Both the position numbers and the translations under genes were made by a program. Positions 42,516 through 50,852 of a DNA stretch of 64,000 bases are shown in pieces. The notes below the pieces were generated by a model, which searched no databases, was not told the DNA's origin, and saw only the letters and a list, made by a program, of their open reading frames with translations. The stretch is from NCBI GenBank assembly GCA_028696055.1, contig JAQVHV010000001.1, positions 11,001-75,000 on the forward strand, given 5' to 3'. This DNA is from Sulfurovum sp. Its GTDB lineage: Bacteria; Campylobacterota; Campylobacteria; Campylobacterales; Sulfurovaceae. Each line of letters opens with the position of its first letter. The first letter of the stretch is position 1.

Positions 42516-43202
42516 TCAAGATAAATTGATAGGATTTTTCCTGAAGATTTTCAAGAGCAGTTTATAGAGATCTTCGCCTCTGTGATTGAACCTGTACTCG
42601 CACTCTTTGAGATGCAGATTGAACTTCTCTTTTTCAATTCCTCTGAATTTGGCCAATCTGTATTTGGCATAACTCCAGAAAGACTCCAACCTGTCTATCC
42701 GGTTGTGTTTTTCTCCCGAGGCATTTACTTCATGAGGGACACGGAAGTATTTGTTGTGCCTCATATCGACCAATCCTTGGTAACCTCTCCATTCCTTAGA
42801 ATGGGCGAGAGAGTCTACACTCTCTTTGCCTCTTATGATCGCATGTATCATGGCTCGCTTTGTATCAGGAATCACCTCTGTATATATCCTGTCGCCTCGC
42901 TTTACAATACCGAACAAGACTGTCTTGTCTGCTGCGGTGTTTTCTCTCCCGCCCCTGATATTTCTGTCATTAAAATAATTATCTATCATTGCTTTCGTTT
43001 CGGAGAAGGGGGAATCCAGAGTGCAGTATTCTGCGATCCTTATACGAATGGCTTTCAAATATTTATTGATTGTAGGTCTGCTGATTTTTGTTAAATTCGA
43101 AATTTGGGTGGCATTCAGATCTTCAGAGAAGTATCTTATGATCTCTCTAAATTTGGCTTCCGAGATATGTGAACTGTTTACATATTTATTTTTAGTGTCC
43201 AT
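42516..43202 (-). CDS. IS1595-family (IS1016-like) transposase homologue with degenerate catalytic motifs
   Basis: N-terminal HTH, KT.LFGI.KR, ESFWSYAK.RLAKFRGI, LHLKECEYRFN; no recognisable terminal inverted repeats. Confidence 0.8.
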   Translation of the reverse strand: MDTKNKYVNSSHISEAKFREIIRYFSEDLNATQISNLTKISRPTINKYLKAIRIRIAEYCTLDSPFSETKAMIDNYFNDRNIRGGRENTAADKTVLFGIVKRGDRIYTEVIPDTKRAMIHAIIRGKESVDSLAHSKEWRGYQGLVDMRHNKYFRVPHEVNASGEKHNRIDRLESFWSYAKYRLAKFRGIEKEKFNLHLKECEYRFNHRGEDLYKLLLKIFRKNPINLS

Positions 43203-43414
43203 ACTACCAACTTTTTGGTATCGTTTGCCTGCTAAAGCGGTCTGAACTCCAGCAAAGTATCGGATATGTTATGTAGTTGAACGAGATCGAAATATAAAGG
43301 TAAACCCTTCTACTTCGGCACTCATTCTTCCCCCTGGCTGAAATATTACACTGTCGGATTGTCATTTGATTGTCATTTTATTTTTGCAGGGATAATTTCG
43401 CAAAAAAAGGAGAG

Positions 43415-44215
43415 TCAGAGAAGCAATGCCTTTTGCATATGCGGCAGTATCTCATCAAAGCGATAGGCATGATCCGTAAAGTATTCAAAGGCAATGATCC
43501 CTTGATAGAGCAGCATATCCGCTCCGTCCTTTGTGGGTTTGCCATGGGCCTTGGCAAGTTTGAGAAACGGCGTCTCTTTACCGTAGATCACATCGATACA
43601 GGCTTTTGCAGAAGGTATCACTACATCAAGGATCTCTCCCGGGCAAGGCAGGGCATCGTCTTTCAGCCCTGCTGAGGTCATATTGATCACCAGGTCAAAC
43701 TTTTGCGGTTGAAAGTTCTCGAATGTATAGCACTCAAAACCCTCTTCTATAAATCGTACCAGACGGCCTTCACTGCGGTTGAGGATGCTCACTTCATAGC
43801 CGGCTTCTCTGAGGATCATAGAGGTGGATTGTGCTGTACCTCCGGCACCCAGGAAAAGGACCTTTTTGGCTCCCCTGAATTCACTGATCGCCTTGAGGAA
43901 ACCGGGCGCATCGGTATTGTAGCCATAGAGTTTTCCGCTCTTTTCTACGATCGTGTTGACGGCACCGACTTTTTGGGCAAAAGGATCCAGCACGTCGCAC
44001 GCACGGTACGCATGTTCTTTATGGGGTACGGTGATGTTGATCCCTTTGAGGCCAAGTGCAAAAAATTTCTCCTTCAGCTTCCCTCCGTCCTCCAGCAGGT
44101 AACGGGTATAGCATCCGCCGATCCCCAACCCCTTAAAGGCAAGGTTGTGCATCAGCGGTGACTTGGAATGGGAGACGGGATTCCCGAAGATGGCAAAAAG
44201 GTGTTTGTGCATCAT
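43415..44215 (-). CDS. aroE: Shikimate dehydrogenase
   Basis: GNPVSHSKSP.MHN, NITVPHK, AVNT, NTD, GAGG, GADMLLYQ. Confidence 0.95.
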   Translation of the reverse strand: MMHKHLFAIFGNPVSHSKSPLMHNLAFKGLGIGGCYTRYLLEDGGKLKEKFFALGLKGINITVPHKEHAYRACDVLDPFAQKVGAVNTIVEKSGKLYGYNTDAPGFLKAISEFRGAKKVLFLGAGGTAQSTSMILREAGYEVSILNRSEGRLVRFIEEGFECYTFENFQPQKFDLVINMTSAGLKDDALPCPGEILDVVIPSAKACIDVIYGKETPFLKLAKAHGKPTKDGADMLLYQGIIAFEYFTDHAYRFDEILPHMQKALLL

Positions 44216-44330
44216 AAGTCCTTGGTTTTAGATCCTCTAATTTTATCTGAGAATAGCTTAGCGGGGAAGGGTATTGCCCAAGGGGGCGGAATTAATATAT
44301 GTTTTTTTAATAAGAATAATAAGCTGACGA

Positions 44331-44367
44331 AAAAATTAACAGATAATTAATACTTCACAGTTATCAT
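44331..44367 (+). promoter_or_regulatory. Direct-repeat operator plus -10 box (copy 1)
   Basis: AAAAATTAACAGATAATTAATA at 44331-44352; TATCAT at 44362-44367. Confidence 0.65.
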
Positions 44368-44525
44368 ATTTATGAAAATTTCACGCTTTTTTATAGTGGT
44401 TTTGCCAACTTGACTAGAGGAGACTTCATGGTGTCCCTGGTATTACGAATCGATGTAGTGTGATGATGATCTAAGGAGGAAGAATGCAGGCTGATAACAC
44501 TTTAAAAATAGGGAGATCGATGTAG

Positions 44526-45185
44526 ATGGAATCAATCTCTCTATTTTCTCTATTTCTCATCGGCCTTACGTCAGGGGCAACAGCCTGCATGTTTTCATGT
44601 ATGCCTTTTTTGGCTCCGCTGCTGATGACGCACTCAACAAATCTGAAACAGGCCACACAAGTCGTATTGCCCTTTAGCCTTGGGAGGATCTTCAGCTATA
44701 CGATGATCGCAATGGCTGCTTCACTCAGTAGTCTATTGGCGAAAAACATCTTAGAGGATAACACACTGTTTCAGGTGCTATTGGGAACAGTGACGATGCT
44801 CATGGGGATCTTTTTGCTGGTACGGACGCTAAGTAAGCGCCCTGCAGGCTGTCATACCTCCCGGTGTTACCCCCAAAATATCAAAGGCGCTCTGGGGATA
44901 TTCGGGATCGGAGCATTGGTCTCCCTGAACCCCTGTGCGCCGATTGTTACCCTGATCGCATTAAGTGCCAATACCACGGTGTGGACTTCCGCTGCCAGCT
45001 ATGGCTTATCCTTCGGTCTCGGTGCCGTATTGGTTCCTTTTCTGTTTTATACATTGATCGCAGGGACGATTGTACAGGGGCTGATTGAACAGTTTAGAAA
45101 ATATATTAAATATATAGAGATATTTGCCGCAAGTTTGCTGATCCTTGTCGGGATAATGGTATTTGCGGGAAAAATTGCTTTGTAA
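44526..45185 (+). CDS. DsbD/CcdA-like (DsbD_2, UreH/TauE-like) membrane protein
   Basis: About 6 TM; ACMFSC.P in TM1, GRIFSY, LNPCAP, FGLG. Confidence 0.8.
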   Translation: MESISLFSLFLIGLTSGATACMFSCMPFLAPLLMTHSTNLKQATQVVLPFSLGRIFSYTMIAMAASLSSLLAKNILEDNTLFQVLLGTVTMLMGIFLLVRTLSKRPAGCHTSRCYPQNIKGALGIFGIGALVSLNPCAPIVTLIALSANTTVWTSAASYGLSFGLGAVLVPFLFYTLIAGTIVQGLIEQFRKYIKYIEIFAASLLILVGIMVFAGKIAL

Positions 45186-45194
45186 GGAGGAAGA

Positions 45195-47549
45195 GTGGTT
45201 GATTTTATCAAGCGGGACAGCAGTGATCTGTTCAAAAATCCTGTGTTTGCTTTTTTATTTAAAAACAGCAGGTTTTTACTTATGTTGAGAGTGGCTGCGG
45301 CTGCACTCTTTTTTTATGCGATCTATTACGGATTTGCGCATCCCGGGAAAGAGAATATCTTTACGGGTGCGGTATTCTGGGGAGTGTTCTGGGCGCTCTT
45401 TATGGTCGTGACCCTTTCAACATTCGGGCGTCTGTTCTGCGGTATCTGCCCGCACGGTTTTCTTGGGAAATACATTACAAAGCTCGGTTTGAAAAAGAGC
45501 ATGCCCAAATGGATGCGGAACAGGTATATCGGTATCACTCTTCTGGTGCTCGGCTGGTGGGGGATATACTATACCTTTGATGGATTTTGGAAGTCTCCGT
45601 TCAACACGGCGTTGATGTTCGGGGCGATGACGCTGTTTGCTTTCATCCTCTACTATCTTTACAAAGAGATGAGCTACTGCAAATATATCTGCCCGATTGG
45701 AACACTGACAAGAGCCTATGACAAAATCTCATTTACGAAACTCGAAACCTATACGGATGCCTGTAAGGATTGCAGGACATTTGAGTGTGCTGCAGCGTGC
45801 GAATACAACCTCAAGCCTTTTACCTTTGCAAAGAAAAACCAGACCGATGACTGTACCCTCTGTATGGATTGTGCGGCAAGCTGTGAAGCGGTGAAGTTCA
45901 AGATCACCAAGCCGGCTGAACAGCTCAGCAGTAAGCTGAAGATCTTGAGTGCAGAGGTGTGGACCTATATCCTGATCTTCGCTTCGATCCCGGTCTCTAT
46001 GGGGTTTGCACACGCTCTCAACAGAAGCAACATCGCTGATGCGTTTATCTGGAACAGAACCGCAGCATTTTTCGGAATGGGTGACTATGCAGGGGGATTT
46101 GCCTTTCTCTATGCGATCATTATCAGTGTCTTTTTTGCTGTGTTTGGATTGTACCTTGCTTCCAAAGTGCTCAAAAAAGAGTACAGCTCGACCTTTACGA
46201 CCTTAGGGGTTGCCTTTATCCCGCTCTTTATCTTTGCCTCGCTTGGGCATACGCTGGAGATGTTCTTTGTCAAAGAGTATCAGACGATCGTGCATGGTTT
46301 TGCCCAGGGGTTCGGCTTGAATATCGAAGTGGAGGCTCTGGCAAAAAGGGGGGATGGATGGCTGCATTATTTTAAACTTTTCAAATGGATCGGAGTGATC
46401 TGGGCACTGGTGATCCTCTATAAACGCATCAAATTGATCGATGCGACAAAATTCAGAAAAGTGCTGGGATACTTCTTCGCATCATCAATGATCCTCTTTT
46501 ATATCGGCCTGAATCTCTATACAGGCTATGTATTCAGCGCTTATGGCGCGAAGTCGGGGGGACACGGTGCTCACGGCAGCCATGGCGGAAAACCGGACTA
46601 TCGGGACGCATACCCAAAAGAGGCTGCAGAACCGCAGAAGGGAGGATACCTCCAAACACCTATCGACCCGGGTGAACCTTTTTACTTTTCATTGTCTGAT
46701 CCAAGCATGAAGCAAAACAGCCGTAGCGGACATGGGTTCGGCGGCGGCAGGCCGGGCAGCAAAAAAGAGGTCCCGACTCAAAGTATATGGCTCGTCTACG
46801 GTGCTATGAACGATAAAAAGCGCTATAGATCAAGCACATTGGATATCTTTTATTATGGTCTGAATCGTCAGGAAAAACCGATCATAGAAAAGTCAAGCCG
46901 AGGGAAAAAAGTGTTGAGCTTTGAAGTGCCGCACAACGGCTATTACAATCTGTTTGCTGTCGATGAAAGCCAAAAAGGCTCCGAGAAGTTTTATAAGGTA
47001 GCCAAACTGGAATATCTGCGCGGCATGCACGGTGCAGAAGGTAAGTATGATCCGAAGATCAAAAAAGCGCTGCACCAAAACCGTACAAAGATCGATCTTG
47101 TGCGCCTCAAAGATAAGGATGAAACGAGTTTTTTCTATAAGCACTCCATGGGCGACACGCTTACTTTTCAAGCACTGTTTGAAAACAGACCTTTGGCAAA
47201 TGCAGAGGTGGAAATTGCTTTGCAGTCAGGATGGACAAAAGCGCTTAAAACAGACAGTGACGGGTTCGTGTCGATCCAGCTGATCAGGGACTATTTCCCT
47301 GACTGGAATACGTTTGACAAGCGATTCAAGCAGGAGATGCTCATTACTCTGAAACATCAGAAAGCGGGTACGCACTATCTCTTGACCTATCCGGCAAGCT
47401 ATTATCCAAACAGCAATGACTATCAATCCTACGGCTATGCACTGTTGCTGATCACGCTGACACTGCTTATTGCGGGCATCATCATCTATCGGTTCAGACG
47501 CAATAGGACCACCCCTTTCAGAGAGGTAACTGTCGATGCAGAAGATTAA
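45195..47549 (+). CDS. Membrane polyferredoxin (NapH-like) fused to a His/Gly linker and a DUF4198-like extracytoplasmic domain
   Basis: GRLFCGICP, CKYICP, CKDC...C...C, CTLCMDCAASC; GGHGAHGSHGG; GDTLTFQ.LF...PL.NAEV...KTDSDG; C-terminal TM. Confidence 0.75.
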   Translation: MVDFIKRDSSDLFKNPVFAFLFKNSRFLLMLRVAAAALFFYAIYYGFAHPGKENIFTGAVFWGVFWALFMVVTLSTFGRLFCGICPHGFLGKYITKLGLKKSMPKWMRNRYIGITLLVLGWWGIYYTFDGFWKSPFNTALMFGAMTLFAFILYYLYKEMSYCKYICPIGTLTRAYDKISFTKLETYTDACKDCRTFECAAACEYNLKPFTFAKKNQTDDCTLCMDCAASCEAVKFKITKPAEQLSSKLKILSAEVWTYILIFASIPVSMGFAHALNRSNIADAFIWNRTAAFFGMGDYAGGFAFLYAIIISVFFAVFGLYLASKVLKKEYSSTFTTLGVAFIPLFIFASLGHTLEMFFVKEYQTIVHGFAQGFGLNIEVEALAKRGDGWLHYFKLFKWIGVIWALVILYKRIKLIDATKFRKVLGYFFASSMILFYIGLNLYTGYVFSAYGAKSGGHGAHGSHGGKPDYRDAYPKEAAEPQKGGYLQTPIDPGEPFYFSLSDPSMKQNSRSGHGFGGGRPGSKKEVPTQSIWLVYGAMNDKKRYRSSTLDIFYYGLNRQEKPIIEKSSRGKKVLSFEVPHNGYYNLFAVDESQKGSEKFYKVAKLEYLRGMHGAEGKYDPKIKKALHQNRTKIDLVRLKDKDETSFFYKHSMGDTLTFQALFENRPLANAEVEIALQSGWTKALKTDSDGFVSIQLIRDYFPDWNTFDKRFKQEMLITLKHQKAGTHYLLTYPASYYPNSNDYQSYGYALLLITLTLLIAGIIIYRFRRNRTTPFREVTVDAED

Positions 47550-48522
47550 AAAAATGATCAATAACATGAACCTTCAGAAGGTTCGGTTCATTATCCAGCT
47601 GTTCAGTTTTATCCTTTTTGTCTATGGCGGATATTTTGCCATTGACCTGGGGTCCAAGCTCCCGATCTTTGCCTGTCCCTATAACGGTGAAGCAGCAGGG
47701 GCATGCTACCTTATCCCCCTGCAGCACCAGCTCTCTATGCCGGCACAGATCCTGCTTGGCGGGGCCGGTATCGCCGTCATTACCGGACTGCTGGGGTTCC
47801 TCTTCTGGTTTATCTTCCTCAACAAGGCGTGGTGCGGGTATGTCTGTCCTTTCGGAACGCTGCAGGACTGGCTCACCTATCTGCGTAAACGTATGGGGAT
47901 ACGCTACTCAACCTACAGCCAAAACCAGTTTGATAAACTTTCAAAAATCAAATACATTTTCCTCGTGATCGTCATTCTCTTCCCGCTGCTGATGGGTGTA
48001 GGCCTGCTTGGCGGAGAATGGTCTGCCGCATTTTGCCAAATGTGCCCGGCACGGATCATATCTCCTGCATTGAGCGGGGATTTTTCTCAGTGGACGATTG
48101 ACTTTTCCAGCAAAACAGCGATGGTCTTAACCGCACTCGGGATGCTCTTTGCAGGGTTGTTTTTTGCAGGAAGCTTTGTCAAGAAGAGGTTTTTCTGCTT
48201 CTTCTGCCCGATGAGTGCGCTGCACTATATCTTCTCAAAGTTCTCCATCGTACAGCTGAGAAAAGAGGGGAGCAAGTGTACACGGTGCGGCGACTGTTAT
48301 GCTGTATGCGATATGCAGATCAAAGATATCGCGGATAATGTCACGGATGTGAATATCCTGAGGGATGACTGCATCCTCTGTCTGAAATGTGTGGCGGCAT
48401 GTCCTGAGGATGATGCGCTCCATTTTGATATCTTGAAATTCAGGGCATTCAGCTCGACAAAAGAGGGGTTTGAAAAAAGAATGGGGATAGGTAGACCAAA
48501 AGGGATAGATGATGAACACTGA
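47536..48522 (+). CDS. NapH/MauN-like membrane 4Fe-4S protein
   Basis: ACP..GAC, WCGYVCPFG, FCQMCP, FCFFCP, CTRCGDC...C, CILCLKCVAACP. Confidence 0.85.
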   Translation: MQKIKKMINNMNLQKVRFIIQLFSFILFVYGGYFAIDLGSKLPIFACPYNGEAAGACYLIPLQHQLSMPAQILLGGAGIAVITGLLGFLFWFIFLNKAWCGYVCPFGTLQDWLTYLRKRMGIRYSTYSQNQFDKLSKIKYIFLVIVILFPLLMGVGLLGGEWSAAFCQMCPARIISPALSGDFSQWTIDFSSKTAMVLTALGMLFAGLFFAGSFVKKRFFCFFCPMSALHYIFSKFSIVQLRKEGSKCTRCGDCYAVCDMQIKDIADNVTDVNILRDDCILCLKCVAACPEDDALHFDILKFRAFSSTKEGFEKRMGIGRPKGIDDEH

Positions 48523-49789
48523 GATGCACCACAAGATAGAGACGCCCAAAGAGAAACAAAATCGTCATAAAGCGATGGAGACGGTCAAAGTGCTTCATGC
48601 GCTGAAAGAAGCGAAAAATCCGATCACTACAATGGAGTATTTTTATCAACGCTTTGAAGATGTCTATTGCCATCAAAAATCACTGCATGATGATAAACTG
48701 AAAGTAGGTACGATGTGTATCCAGATACCCAGCGAGATCATCTATGCATTGGATGCAGTGCCGATCCGGCTATGCAACGGTTTTTACACCGATGATGAGA
48801 TAGGAAGCGATCTGCTGCCGCAAAAGGCATGCCCTTTGGTCAAGGCGACGGTGGGGCATTTTGCCAGCGGGAACTTCAGCGATAAGCCCCATTTTGTCTA
48901 CTCTCCGACCACCTGCGACCAGAAGACAAAGGCCGGAGCTACAATTGAAGGATTTGGATATGAGGTGATCGATGTCGATTTTCCGAGAGTTAAGGAATCG
49001 GAGATCAGCAGGGAGTATTTTCGTAGAAGCATCAGAGAGTTCACTCTCGATCTGGAAAAAAAGACAGGAAAGAGACTGACGAAAAAAAAGCTGCGTGAAA
49101 CGATCAGTAAAATAGGATATGCCCAGGGTCTCTATCACAAACTGTGCGCGTACAGAAAAGAGAAAGATGTGCCCATCAGCGGGAACGATATGTTCCTGGT
49201 CACCAATGCCTTTTTCTTTGACAGGATCGACAGCTGGATCCATGCCGTTGAAGAGCTACTTGAAGAGTGCGAGAAGAGAAAAGAGAATCATGTCAGCATC
49301 AATGCACGTGTAAGCCCCCGGATCGTCTATACAGGTTCGCCTCCGATCTTTCCCAACTACAAGATCCCGATGCTCATTGAACAATCAGACGCCGTGATCG
49401 TAGCAGATGAAACCTGCAGTTCCAACCGGATGTTCAATGACAGGGTGGCAGTAGATGAGTGGTTTGTCAACGATATGCTCGATTCGATGGCAGATAAGTA
49501 TCTCAAAGCGTGTACCTGTCCGATCTTCACCAAAAACGATGACCGTATCAGGCGCATTATCGATCTGGTAAAAACCTACAGCGCAGACGGGGTGGTCTAT
49601 CAGGCATTTGCGGGATGTACGGTCTATGAACTGGAGCAGAGAAGCGTACTGGAGGCGATGGAGAAAGCGGGGATTCCGATACTCTATCTGGAGAGTGACT
49701 ACAGCCCAAGCCAGGGAGGTCAGCTGAGTACCCGTGTAGAAGCGTTTATCGAATCACTGAAAATGAAAAAAAGAAAACAAGGAAAATAG
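48509..49789 (+). CDS. 2-hydroxyacyl-CoA dehydratase-fold protein, double-cubane cluster protein (DCCP)-like reductase
   Basis: Single 426-aa subunit; Cys motifs RLCNG, ACPLVK, TTCDQK, DETCS, ACTCP, GCTVY; ESDYS...GQLSTRVEAFIE. Confidence 0.8.
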   Translation: MMNTEMHHKIETPKEKQNRHKAMETVKVLHALKEAKNPITTMEYFYQRFEDVYCHQKSLHDDKLKVGTMCIQIPSEIIYALDAVPIRLCNGFYTDDEIGSDLLPQKACPLVKATVGHFASGNFSDKPHFVYSPTTCDQKTKAGATIEGFGYEVIDVDFPRVKESEISREYFRRSIREFTLDLEKKTGKRLTKKKLRETISKIGYAQGLYHKLCAYRKEKDVPISGNDMFLVTNAFFFDRIDSWIHAVEELLEECEKRKENHVSINARVSPRIVYTGSPPIFPNYKIPMLIEQSDAVIVADETCSSNRMFNDRVAVDEWFVNDMLDSMADKYLKACTCPIFTKNDDRIRRIIDLVKTYSADGVVYQAFAGCTVYELEQRSVLEAMEKAGIPILYLESDYSPSQGGQLSTRVEAFIESLKMKKRKQGK

Positions 49790-50593
49790 ATGAAATACTT
49801 CGCAGGGATAGACATAGGTTCAACGGCCATCAAGATATCGATCGCAGATGAGAACAGAGATCTTGTCGGACATAAGATCAGCGCAAGCGGAAGTATGTTT
49901 TACAAATATGCACATGAGACACTCGATGCACTCTTGTGTGAGCTGAATCTCACCAGGGATGATATCGTCTATATGGTCGCAACAGGCTATGGGCGCAAGA
50001 TATTCAAAGAGGCCAATGAAAATATCAGTGAGATCACAGCCAACGCGATCGGTGCAAGGGCAGCCGCCAAAGAACACAGGCAGATAAAAACGATCATCAA
50101 TATCGGCGGACAGGACAGCAAAGCGATCTCGCTGGATGAGGAGGGGAATGTGGTGAATTTTGCGATGAACGACAGATGTGCCGCAGGTACGGGGAAGTTT
50201 CTGGATGCGTGCGCGATGAACCTGGAGATCGGGGTGGATGAGCTGGGGAGCAAACACTTTGAATCAACAGGCACCCCGTTATCGATCAACAGTACCTGTG
50301 CGGTATTTGCAGAGTCTGAGATCATAGGACTGCTCGGGAACGAACACAGCGTAGAGGATATCGTCTGCGGTGTACACTACTCCATCGCCAAGAGAATCGT
50401 CAAGCTTGTCAAGAGAGTGGGGGTGAAAGAGGGGATCTATTTTGATGGTGGTCCTGCATTGAATGCCGGGCTGGTCAATGCGATAGAGAATGAATTGGGC
50501 AAAAAGATCTTTATCCCCCGATATCCGCAGATCACTACCTCATACGGTGCAGCGATCATAGGGATAGACTCCTATCAGTATGAAAACCAATAG
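49790..50593 (+). CDS. ATP-dependent [4Fe-4S] activator/reductase (HgdC/DCCP-R, BadF/BcrA family)
   Basis: GIDIGST, ATGYGR, IGGQDSK, NDRCAAGTG, STCAVFAESE. Confidence 0.92.
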   Translation: MKYFAGIDIGSTAIKISIADENRDLVGHKISASGSMFYKYAHETLDALLCELNLTRDDIVYMVATGYGRKIFKEANENISEITANAIGARAAAKEHRQIKTIINIGGQDSKAISLDEEGNVVNFAMNDRCAAGTGKFLDACAMNLEIGVDELGSKHFESTGTPLSINSTCAVFAESEIIGLLGNEHSVEDIVCGVHYSIAKRIVKLVKRVGVKEGIYFDGGPALNAGLVNAIENELGKKIFIPRYPQITTSYGAAIIGIDSYQYENQ

Positions 50594-50665
50594 TAGAGGG
50601 AAGTGTATTAACAGAGATAATAGAAATAAATATACAAAAGATTAATACATATAATAAGTAGAGAT

Positions 50666-50702
50666 AAAAATTAACAGAAAATTAACAGTTCTTCTATATG
50701 AT
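50666..50702 (+). promoter_or_regulatory. Direct-repeat operator plus -10 box (copy 2)
   Basis: AAAAATTAACAGAAAATTAACA at 50666-50687; TATGAT at 50697-50702; same spacing as copy 1. Confidence 0.65.
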
Positions 50703-50708
50703 TGATAG

Positions 50709-50834
50709 GCAAAAAGAGGTCTGTCCGTATCGTCTACGCCAATAGAAAAAGTACGGACAGACGCAGGTTATACCGTAAAAGTATAACGGCGATGATTATA
50801 GCATACCCGTTGTTCCTTTTGCGACTCTTTTTGC
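50709..50834 (+). promoter_or_regulatory. Structured 5' leader (candidate cis-regulatory RNA) of the TonB-dependent receptor
   Basis: Perfect stems 50709-50718/50825-50834 (10 bp), 50719-50729/50752-50762 (11 bp), 50767-50773/50781-50787 (7 bp). Confidence 0.6.
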
Positions 50835-50852
50835 TACTTAAGGAGGAAGAAA

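Noticed and set aside
48509-50593. Classical 2-hydroxyglutaryl-CoA dehydratase or benzoyl-CoA reductase pathway
   Set aside because: Only one dehydratase-fold subunit and no CoA-pathway genes; the Cys pattern and context fit a DCCP-like reductase better
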